Made by a program: the position numbers and the translations under genes. A stretch of 64,000 nt of DNA from Limisphaerales bacterium (GTDB taxonomy: Bacteria > Verrucomicrobiota > Verrucomicrobiia > Limisphaerales > JAYPXF01). The notes under the pieces are model-generated. The model had not been told where the DNA came from. It made no database searches and was given only the letters and a program-made list of their open reading frames with translations. The DNA lies in the NCBI GenBank assembly GCA_047608975.1, contig JBLFYM010000003.1, positions 17,869 through 81,868 of the forward strand. Direction: 5' to 3'. Positions 9,250 through 17,938 of the stretch are shown here, piece by piece. Each line of letters opens with the position of its first letter. Within the stretch, counting starts at the first letter, position 1.

Positions 9250-10455
9250 ATGCCTAGTTTTGCATTTACAGCCCGGGAAGCCGGCAGCGGCCGGGAACTT
9301 CGCAACACGATCGATGCCCCCACCGAGCAGGACGCGGTCAAGGCGCTGCTTGATCGGAATCTGCTGGTCACCGCGATCACCGCAGCAGCAGCCAAGAAGG
9401 GCAAAGCACGATCGGGAACTGTACCGCTGGCTGATCTGGTCATATTCACCCGCCAGCTCGCCACCCTGATCGACGCCGGCATCTCGATTGTGCAGTCGTT
9501 GCAGACGCTCGCCGAACAGACGACGAACAAGATCATGCGGGATCTGATCCGCGACGTCACTTCTCGTGTGGAGAGCGGCGAAAATTTTTCCCAGGCCTTG
9601 GCGCGGCACCCAAAGGTGTTCAGCCGCATGTATGTCAGCATGGTGGATGCCGGTGAAAAAGGCGGTCTGCTGCAGGAGATTCTCTCCCGGCTGGCCACTT
9701 ATCAGGAGAACACCGCCCGGCTGCACAAGAAGGTGAAGTCAGCAATGATGTATCCTTCGGTCGTCACCTTGGTCGCGGTCACAATTACCATCTTCCTGAT
9801 CGTCAAGGTCGTCCCGGTGTTCACGGAAATCTACGACGGGTTTGACGCGGAACTCCCGGGACCCACGCAGCTCCTGCTAGCGGTCAGCGATTGGATGAAG
9901 GCCTGGTGGTTTATGATTATTGTGGGGTTGATCGGCAGCGGCTTTGCCTGGCTGAAATGGATCGACACCAAACCCGGTCGCGAATTCTGGGATGGCATCC
10001 GAATCCAGCTCCCGGTCTTTGGCGGCATCGCGCATAAGATCTGTCTCGCACGCTTTGCCCGGACGCTTTCATCACTGCTCCGGAGCGGTGTGCCGGTACT
10101 CGAGGTTCTGAACATCGTCGCCAATACCTGCGGTCACACCGGCATGGAAAAATCAATCCGGACCTCTTCCGAAGACATCGAGAAAGGCGACGGCATCGCG
10201 TCCGCGTTGGGCAAACACCCGATCTTCCCTCTGATGATCATCCGCATGTTGTCAGCCGGTGAACAGACCGGCCGGATCGATTCGATGCTGGAAAAAGTCG
10301 CCGACACGCTCGACGAGGAAATCGACACGATCCTCTCCGGCCTGACCTCGCTGATCGAACCGCTGCTCATCGTCTTCCTGGGCGTGACCATCGGCGGCAT
10401 CGTGATCTGTATGTTCCTGCCCATCTTCAAGATGAGCGAGATCATCAACAAGTAG
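9250..10455 (+). CDS. pilC: type II secretion system F family / type IV pilus platform protein PilC
   Basis: 401 aa with N-terminus MPSFAFTAREAGSGRELRNTIDAPTEQDAVKALLDRNLLV. It has a duplicated GspF domain (FTRQLATLIDAGISIVQSL and FARTLSSLLRSGVPVLEVL) and three hydrophobic segments. Confidence 0.9.
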   Translation: MPSFAFTAREAGSGRELRNTIDAPTEQDAVKALLDRNLLVTAITAAAAKKGKARSGTVPLADLVIFTRQLATLIDAGISIVQSLQTLAEQTTNKIMRDLIRDVTSRVESGENFSQALARHPKVFSRMYVSMVDAGEKGGLLQEILSRLATYQENTARLHKKVKSAMMYPSVVTLVAVTITIFLIVKVVPVFTEIYDGFDAELPGPTQLLLAVSDWMKAWWFMIIVGLIGSGFAWLKWIDTKPGREFWDGIRIQLPVFGGIAHKICLARFARTLSSLLRSGVPVLEVLNIVANTCGHTGMEKSIRTSSEDIEKGDGIASALGKHPIFPLMIIRMLSAGEQTGRIDSMLEKVADTLDEEIDTILSGLTSLIEPLLIVFLGVTIGGIVICMFLPIFKMSEIINK

Positions 10456-10522
10456 CCGGCAGGACAGGAAAGCACAGTCGGACAGACCACGTGTCCATCC
10501 TACCTGATGACCGGGTAACAAC

Positions 10523-11971
10523 TCAGGCAAACAGATCTGTCACAGCTCTGCCGGTGCCATCGATCGTGGCGTAAAAAGGACGTCGCTCTACATCAAACGC
10601 GGTCTTCGGACTGATGCCCATGGCGGTGAACATCGTGGCGTGCATGTCAGGAATGGAGACAGGATTTTCAACGGCTACGAGCGGACGCTCATCCGCCGTG
10701 CGGCCGTAGAGGTATCCGCGTTTCATTCCGCCGCCGAACATCATCACGGAAGTGCCACCCGTGAAATGGCGATGTAATCCATAGTGCTTCATCTCGCCCA
10801 AGCGTTCAGTCCGAGCGCGGCTCTGGTCCTTGGCGTTTGAGCCCGGCACTCCTTCAATAATCATGTCGCGACTGAACTCACTGGCGAGCACGACGAGCGT
10901 GCGATCGAGAAGTCCGCGATCCTCCAAGTCCCGAATCAGTTGGGCGATCGGCCGATCAATTTCACTTTTCATCCGCTTCACCGTCGTGTGCCCACTCTCG
11001 TGGGTATCCCAGTGAACGAACGGAATGTATTCGGAGGACACCTCGATGAAACGGGCTCCAGCTTCGGTGAGACGCCGGGCCAAAAGACAGCCTTGGCCGA
11101 AGCGGCTGGTATTGTAAGCGTCATGGCTTTCCTTTGGTTCGAGCGAGATATCGAAAGCCTGTTTGTGCTTCGAGGTAAGCAGGCGGTGCGCGTCATCCAT
11201 CGAGCGGATCATGGATTGCTGCTGGAAGTCGCTGAGGTAATCGCGATGCGGGCTCTGATCGACGAGTTTGCGGTAGTGGCGATAGCGGTTCGCGAACCGG
11301 CCGGGTTCCATTCCCTTCGGCGGCCGGACGGATTCGGCAGCGTCCTGCGGATAAGGAAGATTGAAAGGCCCGTATTCCGAGCCAAAGAAACCGGCGGTGG
11401 TGAAGGCTTTGATTTCCTCCTTCTCGCCAGTGCCTTCCAGACGTTGACCAATGTTGATGAAGGGCGGAATGACCGGATTCTTCGGTCCTTTGACCTTGGC
11501 CATCCACGCTCCAATGTGAGGCGCTGCGACGGTCAAAGGCGGCACGTAGCCCGTGTGCCAATGATATTGATGCCGTGAGTGAAGAATGTGCCCCAAATCC
11601 GCCTGCACATGCGAACGGATGAGCGTCGCGCGATCCATCACCTGGGCAACATTTTCGAATCCTTCCGTCAGCTTGATGTTGTCGACCGCGGTGTCGATCG
11701 CGGGAAAGGTGCTGAGGATCTTCTTCACGTCCAGCCCCTTCTCGAAAGGATAGTAGCGCTTCGGATCAAGCGTGTCCGGCGCGGCCATGCCGCCTGCCAT
11801 CCAGATCAGGATACAGGTGTCAGCCGTGGCTTCCGGATGGGCGATCTTGCCGCCCTCAGATGCGCTCAACCCAGGCTCGCCCATCATCATCGTGGCAGCG
11901 GAGGCAGCGGAAACTTTCTTCAGGAAATCGCGGCGGGCAATCTGTTCAGTTAGGGAATCGCTCATGTTCAT
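10523..11971 (-). CDS. DUF1501 domain protein (sulfatase-like fold) with TAT signal
   Basis: The twin-arginine N-terminus is QIARRDFLKKVSAASAATMMM. The length and motifs are typical of DUF1501. It sits immediately downstream of a DUF1549/DUF1553 gene, the canonical pair. Confidence 0.9.
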   Translation of the reverse strand: MNMSDSLTEQIARRDFLKKVSAASAATMMMGEPGLSASEGGKIAHPEATADTCILIWMAGGMAAPDTLDPKRYYPFEKGLDVKKILSTFPAIDTAVDNIKLTEGFENVAQVMDRATLIRSHVQADLGHILHSRHQYHWHTGYVPPLTVAAPHIGAWMAKVKGPKNPVIPPFINIGQRLEGTGEKEEIKAFTTAGFFGSEYGPFNLPYPQDAAESVRPPKGMEPGRFANRYRHYRKLVDQSPHRDYLSDFQQQSMIRSMDDAHRLLTSKHKQAFDISLEPKESHDAYNTSRFGQGCLLARRLTEAGARFIEVSSEYIPFVHWDTHESGHTTVKRMKSEIDRPIAQLIRDLEDRGLLDRTLVVLASEFSRDMIIEGVPGSNAKDQSRARTERLGEMKHYGLHRHFTGGTSVMMFGGGMKRGYLYGRTADERPLVAVENPVSIPDMHATMFTAMGISPKTAFDVERRPFYATIDGTGRAVTDLFA

Positions 11972-12020
11972 GGGGTGGGGTGAACCGGTTCAACAAATTC
12001 AATCATGCCGACCTCAAAAC

Positions 12021-14468
12021 TCAACGGATCAGTTGAAACTCAGGTAGCATGAAGACCGCCCAGAGCAGATCTTCAATGCCTTGAGTTCCCTCGGCTTCCG
12101 TCACGATTTCAGTGGCAACCTTTCGTTCTCCCGGCGTTGGCTGACGAGACAGCGCGGAATCGTAGAGCCAGGAAATCAGCCGCTGCGGTTTCATTTTTCG
12201 ACCCGCGACGTTCTTCGCTCCCCGCTGCATCGTATCAGCCAGGATCTGACCGTTCTGCAGATCGATTGCCTGCAAGGTGGTGAGTTCGCTCGGCCGGGTG
12301 GTGACGACCTGTTCACGCATAGGACGTCCGAGTGAGCGCATCAGAAAATCAAGCTTCACCAGCGATGCCCTGACGAATACGTCGGTCGCGGAATTGATCT
12401 GGGCCAGCTTGGCACGGATGGATCGCCGAACAGTTCCAGGCAGAAACGACTGGTTGGCGACCGGCACCGCGGGTTGCCAATCCGTGGCCGGTTTCTTCCA
12501 CCGCCCGCGCGCATCCGGTGCCGCTTTCGTCCATTCCCAGGTTTCATCCGTGCCGATGGCGAGTTCCTTTCCTTCCGCCGTCTTGATCCGGGTCTCGAAA
12601 TACACGGCGGCGGCGTTCGGTGTGTCGCCGGCATTGCGGGCGACAATGAGGATCTCATTCTTACCGGCGCGCAACTGGCTTTCCAATGGAACGGCTTCCA
12701 CCGTGGGCCAAAACTTATCCTCTTTCACTTTCTTGCCATTCACAAAAAGCGTGTATTCGTTGTCACAGGTAATAATGGCGGCGGCAGACTTTGGGCTGGC
12801 TTTGAGCAGGAACTGTTTTCGCACGGTGATTCGCTCGCCAGCTTTGGGGACGCTTTGGGACGCCTTGGCATAGGACCAGATCCACTTGCCGACCGGCGTC
12901 ATTTGCGACGCGTCGGTGGAATCCGTCTTGGTGCTCACGCGCAACACCTGTGCGTCGGGCACGACCGGTCCGGCACTGGTGACCTGCCAGATCGAATCAA
13001 GAAACTGTTCGGCAGTCATCCGTCGTGCGATCGGGCCGCGATAGACGAAGCTGGCATCTTCAGACTTCCGGACCACCGTCCGAGCCTGATAGGCCTGCGA
13101 TGAAACGATCAGCTCCATGGTCTGCTTCAAATCAAAACCGTTGTCCGCAAGATGAACGGCAAGGTGATCAAGCAGATCCGCGTTCCATGGCTCCACCTGC
13201 ATGGCATCGACGGGATGAACGATGCCGCGGCCCATCAAGCGCTGCCAGATGCGGTTCACAATCGTGCGGGTGAAACGTCCGTTATCGGTGTGGGTCATCA
13301 GCTTGGCCAGCTGTTTGAGCCGTTCAGGCTGGGGAGCGGCAGGATCAATATCGCCAATTTCCGGGAACAGCCATTTGGCCTCCGCGAACTTGCCAGTCGG
13401 TTTGTCGCAGCGATGAATCTCCAGTTTCTCCGTCCCGTAGATGGCGGCGAAATTATAGGATTCTGAAAGCTTCCAGCGATCAATGAAACTGTCGTGACAG
13501 GATGCGCACTTCAGATTGATGCCGAGAAAGACCTGGGAAACATTCTGCGCGAACTGAATCTCCAAGGTCTGACTCGAGTTCACATTTCCCCGCCACTTGA
13601 TTCCTTTGGTAAACCCCTCGGAATCGGCGTTCGGAGAAATCAGCTCACGCACAAACTGATCGAAGGGTTTGTTATCGATGAGCGAACGGTACAGCCAGTC
13701 GGTGATCTGTTTGCGGCCGCCTGTGATGAACCCCGTTCCCGAGTAATCGTTCCGCAAGAGATCATTCCAGAAGGTCAGCCAATGTTCCGCATATTGAATG
13801 TCCAGGGAGAGAACTTCTTTGATCAAGGCATCCCGCTTGTCGGGAGATTTGTCCGCGATAAATTTGGCCAGACGCTCCGGCGACGGAAGGATTCCCAACA
13901 GATCGAGATGAAGCCGACGGGCGAAAGTCCCATCGTTCACGCTCTCCGCGCGCGATGCTTTGCCCGCCGCGAGATAACCGTCCAGGATCCGGTCCACGGG
14001 ATTGTTTCTCCCGTCCCTGGCGGCCGGTAATTTCGGTCGGCGCGGCTGCAACGGCGGTTCATAACCAGGCTCATCGAACGCAAACCCGCTTTCCCAGGCG
14101 ACTCCGCCTTCGATCCAGTTGCGGATCAGCTCAAGTTCCTTCTTCGCCAGGCCATCGCCTTCCGGTGGCATGCGATCATCTTCATCGTCGGTGATCAGCA
14201 ATTCGTAGAGATGGCTCCTGCGACTGTTTCCGGGAATCACGACCGGACCGTTTTCTCCGCCCTCCAGCAACGCCTCCCGCGTGTTCAGCGACAGCCCGCC
14301 CTTACGTTTGTCGCCGAGGTGACACTTCCCACAGTGCTTTCGGAGCACCGGCACGATTTCGTGCGCAAAATCCACGGCGGCGATTGCCGGGCACATCCCG
14401 ACGAGGCCGATGAGGATTACAAACAGTGTTGTGTGTCTTACCATGTTGCGAGCAGCGACAGTAGGCAT
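12021..14468 (-). CDS. PSCyt1/DUF1549/DUF1553 family protein (planctomycete cytochrome c-like domain) with an inserted jelly-roll-like module
   Basis: A CxxCH haem motif lies in VLRKHCGKCHLGDKRKGGLSLNT. The DUF1549 and DUF1553 regions are present (IVNRIWQRLMGRGIVHPVDAM...LLDHLA...; C-terminal LLWAVFMLPEFQLIR). An inserted segment contains ITCDNEYTLFVNGKKV...NEILIVARNAG. Confidence 0.9.
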   Translation of the reverse strand: MPTVAARNMVRHTTLFVILIGLVGMCPAIAAVDFAHEIVPVLRKHCGKCHLGDKRKGGLSLNTREALLEGGENGPVVIPGNSRRSHLYELLITDDEDDRMPPEGDGLAKKELELIRNWIEGGVAWESGFAFDEPGYEPPLQPRRPKLPAARDGRNNPVDRILDGYLAAGKASRAESVNDGTFARRLHLDLLGILPSPERLAKFIADKSPDKRDALIKEVLSLDIQYAEHWLTFWNDLLRNDYSGTGFITGGRKQITDWLYRSLIDNKPFDQFVRELISPNADSEGFTKGIKWRGNVNSSQTLEIQFAQNVSQVFLGINLKCASCHDSFIDRWKLSESYNFAAIYGTEKLEIHRCDKPTGKFAEAKWLFPEIGDIDPAAPQPERLKQLAKLMTHTDNGRFTRTIVNRIWQRLMGRGIVHPVDAMQVEPWNADLLDHLAVHLADNGFDLKQTMELIVSSQAYQARTVVRKSEDASFVYRGPIARRMTAEQFLDSIWQVTSAGPVVPDAQVLRVSTKTDSTDASQMTPVGKWIWSYAKASQSVPKAGERITVRKQFLLKASPKSAAAIITCDNEYTLFVNGKKVKEDKFWPTVEAVPLESQLRAGKNEILIVARNAGDTPNAAAVYFETRIKTAEGKELAIGTDETWEWTKAAPDARGRWKKPATDWQPAVPVANQSFLPGTVRRSIRAKLAQINSATDVFVRASLVKLDFLMRSLGRPMREQVVTTRPSELTTLQAIDLQNGQILADTMQRGAKNVAGRKMKPQRLISWLYDSALSRQPTPGERKVATEIVTEAEGTQGIEDLLWAVFMLPEFQLIR

Positions 14469-14546
14469 CCGGTTGATAGATGTAAACCCGTCTGATAATT
14501 CCGATTCTGCCCGGCCGGCGGATATTCATTTTTGGAGAGCCGCTGC

Positions 14547-14606
14547 AAAATCTCCAAGCCTCAAAACTCAAGCTACAAATAATTTTCAATTTCCAAGCTT
14601 CAATCT
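14547..14606 (+). repeat. intergenic array of degenerate NNNYCAA heptamers (copy A)
   Basis: The sequence reads aaaatctccaa gcctcaa aactcaa gctacaa ataattttcaa tttccaa gcttcaa tct. It is about 80 percent identical to the reverse complement of 54366-54420. Confidence 0.6.
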
Positions 14607-14837
14607 GCGGCTGCGGCTGCGGGTGTAAGCGGGCGTGTTTGATTGGATTTTGAATCTTGGAGCTTCCTCTCGCAAACTTGATGACCTGAACCTGAGCACC
14701 GATCCCCTCGTCACAACATTGCGCCCGTTCCAACCGCACACGAATCCGCTGATGGGTGAATTTCTCCGCGCAACTCCGCTTCCAACTTGTCAGCCAACCC
14801 ACACGCTGTTAACCATCGCGCACACTTTACCCAGACT

Positions 14838-16178
14838 ATGAAGAGTTTCATCGGATTCCCTCTCGCGCTTGCCATTGCAACCTCCGCCCTTTCTGCCTCC
14901 GCCGCCAACTGGAGCAACTGGCGCGGCCCGAACTACAACGGCACCAGTCCGGAGAAGGATCTCCCGGTGGAATTCAGCCGCACCAAGAACGTAAAATGGA
15001 AAGCGGACCTGCCCGGTGTTTCCGCCGCCACCCCGATCGTCCATGGAGATCATGTCTTCCTCAGCTCCGCGGATGCGGCCAATGACACGCTCCATGCCAT
15101 CGCGTTGAATCGCACGACCGGCAAGATTCTTTGGAACCACAAGATCGCCTCCACCTATCGGCGCGACAGTCGCAGCACCTTTGCCGCTCCATCGCCGGTC
15201 ACGGATGGCAAACTGGTTTACTTCTTTTACGGCAATGGCGAACTCGCCGCCTATGACTTCAAGGGCAAATCCGTGTGGCACCGCAACTTGCAGGACATTC
15301 ATGGACAGTTTTCGATCCAATGGACACCGTCTTCAACTCCGCTGCTCCACGACGGTCGGCTCTATATCCAGGTGCTGCAGCGCGACGTGCAGGTTGAGTT
15401 TCGGGGCCAGAAGTTCGGCCAAGCCAAGGACAACAAATCCTACCTGCTCGCCGTGGATCCCAAGACCGGCAAGGATCTTTGGAAGGTCTATCGCTCCAGC
15501 GAAGCGGTGATGGAATCGCGCGAAGCATTCAGCAGCCCGTATCCGTTTGTGCACAAAGGCCGCCAGGAAATCGTCCTCGTCGGCGGCGATGACATCACCG
15601 GGCACGACCCGAAGAACGGCAAAGAGCTGTGGCGCTGGGGCACCTGGAATCCCAACCGAATCAGCCACTGGCGACTGGTTCCCTCCCCCGTCTCGGGTGG
15701 CGGTGTTTTGCTGGCCTGCGCGCCGAAAAAAGCTCCAATCTATGCCGTCAAAGCTGGCGGAGAAGGTCGCCTCAGCGACGCCAGCGTCGCCTGGTTCAGT
15801 CCCGATCGCGAAATCTCCGCCGACGTTGCCACCCCGGCCTTCTCCGATGGGCGCTTCTACATCGTCAACGACTCGAAAGGTCTGCTGCTCAGCGTCAACC
15901 CGAAGAACGGTCGCGTCATCTGGAAAGGCAAGATGAAGGGGCTCGGCCGGATCACTTCCAAATTCGAGGCTTCTCCCACCGTCGCCGATGGGCATGTCTA
16001 CCTGATCAACCACAAAGGCGAGGCCTTTGTGCTCAAGGCCGGAGGCTCCGAATTCAAGCAGGTGCATGTCGCCGCGATGGGCCGCAAGGATGACAACAAC
16101 GTGCGTTCCGCAATCGTTGTTTCCCAAGGGAACCTGTTCATTCGAACGGGCAACGAACTGTTCTGTATCGGCAAATAG
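14838..16178 (+). CDS. secreted PQQ-like beta-propeller repeat protein
   Basis: The start was trimmed to the ATG at 14838, giving MKSFIGFPLALAIATSALSASAANWSNWRGPNYNG. WR/WK-containing propeller blades repeat throughout. The stop is TAG. Confidence 0.85.
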   Translation: MKSFIGFPLALAIATSALSASAANWSNWRGPNYNGTSPEKDLPVEFSRTKNVKWKADLPGVSAATPIVHGDHVFLSSADAANDTLHAIALNRTTGKILWNHKIASTYRRDSRSTFAAPSPVTDGKLVYFFYGNGELAAYDFKGKSVWHRNLQDIHGQFSIQWTPSSTPLLHDGRLYIQVLQRDVQVEFRGQKFGQAKDNKSYLLAVDPKTGKDLWKVYRSSEAVMESREAFSSPYPFVHKGRQEIVLVGGDDITGHDPKNGKELWRWGTWNPNRISHWRLVPSPVSGGGVLLACAPKKAPIYAVKAGGEGRLSDASVAWFSPDREISADVATPAFSDGRFYIVNDSKGLLLSVNPKNGRVIWKGKMKGLGRITSKFEASPTVADGHVYLINHKGEAFVLKAGGSEFKQVHVAAMGRKDDNNVRSAIVVSQGNLFIRTGNELFCIGK

Positions 16179-16226
16179 CTCACGAGCTGACACCCACCGA
16201 AAACGAGCTGCCGCAGGGGAACGGAC

Positions 16227-16766
16227 ATGGGAAAAATACTGGCATACGTCATTCTGATCGTCGTTGTCGTGCGGATTTTCAAAAAATACATCCTGCCCCT
16301 GCTGCCCACGTTCACGCAGCAGCTGTTCTCCTACACGCTCGATGCGGAGATGAAGGTGCTCGCCATGGACGCGGTCACGCGGGCCAAGGAGGAGTATCGG
16401 ATCCAGCTCACCTACGATCGTTCCTGCGTGGCGGATCTGGAGCGGAAGATCCTCAATGATCTGCACAACAATCATCTGATCGAAACCCTCTCCGTGGAAC
16501 AGCTCGCCTCCGAATCCCAGCTTTGGGGTGCTTACCTCGGTGAAGTTCTGCGTCGAATCCGACCAGGCGTTTGGCGGGAAAAATCCAAGGGAACCGAACA
16601 CCGCGCGATGCCCTTCACCTATGGTGTTCGCGGTGAAGTTTTTCCCTGTGACTGGGTGCTCCGCCGCATCAAGCACGGCGAAAAGTTCAACCTCGCTGCC
16701 GCCGTGGAAGATTTTGTGAGCCACCGGGACGACCCCAATTACCGGGGCATGGACGAGCAGCAATGA
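16227..16766 (+). CDS. hypothetical N-terminally membrane-anchored protein (179 aa)
   Basis: ATG start and one TM helix (MGKILAYVILIVVVVRIF). There is an ATGA overlap with the next ORF. I recognise no motif. Confidence 0.6.
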   Translation: MGKILAYVILIVVVVRIFKKYILPLLPTFTQQLFSYTLDAEMKVLAMDAVTRAKEEYRIQLTYDRSCVADLERKILNDLHNNHLIETLSVEQLASESQLWGAYLGEVLRRIRPGVWREKSKGTEHRAMPFTYGVRGEVFPCDWVLRRIKHGEKFNLAAAVEDFVSHRDDPNYRGMDEQQ

Positions 16767-16966
16767 CCGGGGCCGAGGTTTCCTTCACCCGAAATCTTGC
16801 CCGTCATGTGAAAGCCGATACCTGGATCGTCGATGATCAGGGCGCGGTGCGGAAGCACATGGGTGTCTTTGTGGACGGCGAATTGATCAGCGATCGGACC
16901 CTGCTGACCGAGCCGGTGAACGCGGACTCGAAAGTCCACGTCGGGCAGGCACTTTCCGGCGGATAA
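16763..16966 (+). CDS. MoaD/ThiS-like ubiquitin-fold protein, shortened (67 aa), C-terminal Gly-Gly
   Basis: VSFTRNLARHV...DDQGAVRKHMGVFVDGELISDRTLLTEPVNADSKVHVGQALSGG resembles the CysO/MoaD-type ends (compare ...HRFVNIYVNDEDVRF...DGDSVTILPAVAGG). The sequence terminates in GG followed by TAA. Confidence 0.6.
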   Translation: MTGAEVSFTRNLARHVKADTWIVDDQGAVRKHMGVFVDGELISDRTLLTEPVNADSKVHVGQALSGG

Positions 16967-17037
16967 GGCCCCGAACGGAATACGCAATATTTTCCGTGTA
17001 TTCCTGGGCTCGTCTGGTTCACCCTTGGCCTCTTCTG

Positions 17038-17871
17038 ATGGCGACCTTGGGCAAACCACATACGCTAAGACTCCTGCTGGCATTGATCGCTACGGTGGCC
17101 ATGGATTTCTTGTCTGTCCCTACTTGGGCCCAGTTCTACGGGAAACAGACTTTTGAAGTTTCGACCGCGGCCGAGTTCATCAAGGCTGTCGGTTCCGATC
17201 GCACGATCCGCCTCGCCCCCCATCCCTTTGTCCTATCCGAAGTGGCTCCCTATCAGCACGCGCATGTGCGCTGGAGTCCGCGCGGGAAGGCGCACTCCCC
17301 GATCATTCGCGGCGTTCGCAACCTGCGCATCATTGGTTCCAATGACGCAAGCGAACTGCGAGCGACCTCCGGGCATTCTTTCATACTCGGAATTGAATAT
17401 TCCCAGAACATCGAGCTGCGGGATCTTCAAATCGGATCCGCTTCGGCGTTCAATGGGGGAAATCTCCTGAGTCTGAACAACTGCACGAACATTCTGCTGC
17501 GCAGTTGTCAGTTGAGCGGGGCCGGATCCCGGGCGCTCAAACTGGACCGGGTTGCCCGCTTCGTGACGCGGAATTCCCAGTTCAACGGCTGCACCGACGA
17601 CATCATGTCAGTCGACCGCTCGGCAAACCTGCTGTTCCGCCGGACCCAATTTGTCGGCAACAGTGGCCGTTGGGGCGCCCGATTCGTGGACACCTATGAC
17701 GTACAGTTCGATCGGTGCAAGTTCAGCGGAAACAAATTCAGCAATGCAACCTTGTCCGCTTCATCGAGCGCCAAGATCCGAGTGTTCGGCGGCGAAATGA
17801 GTGCTCCCGAGCGAGCGCTGTTTACCGACGCACCGAAGTCAGTCGTCCTCGAGACGCAAACGGCCGACTAG
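17038..17871 (+). CDS. secreted right-handed parallel beta-helix repeat protein
   Basis: The start was trimmed to the ATG at 17038 (MATLGKPHTLRLLLALIATVAMDFLSVPTWAQ). The body carries repeated N-x-x-L/F-R-x-C/S-Q-F/L-x-G units (NILLRSCQLSGAG, FVTRNSQFNGC, LLFRRTQFVGN, VQFDRCKFSGN). Confidence 0.75.
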   Translation: MATLGKPHTLRLLLALIATVAMDFLSVPTWAQFYGKQTFEVSTAAEFIKAVGSDRTIRLAPHPFVLSEVAPYQHAHVRWSPRGKAHSPIIRGVRNLRIIGSNDASELRATSGHSFILGIEYSQNIELRDLQIGSASAFNGGNLLSLNNCTNILLRSCQLSGAGSRALKLDRVARFVTRNSQFNGCTDDIMSVDRSANLLFRRTQFVGNSGRWGARFVDTYDVQFDRCKFSGNKFSNATLSASSSAKIRVFGGEMSAPERALFTDAPKSVVLETQTAD

Positions 17872-17938
17872 CCCCCGGCACGGCGGCGCCTGACACAGTT
17901 GATTGCCTTCAACCCGCCGCCCATGAACAATCCCTGAC

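Noticed and set aside
14604-14621. Short tandem (ctgcgg)x3, and the ccaaaccaaccaaaccaa run at 25703-25720.
   Set aside because: Both are very short simple-sequence runs in spacers. They are too small to call as functional repeats on their own.
15333-16763. 476-aa minus-strand ORF.
   Set aside because: It is antisense to the PQQ-propeller gene and the 179-aa gene. The composition is low-complexity and Gly/Val/Ala/Arg-rich with no motifs. This is a typical shadow ORF of GC-rich coding DNA.
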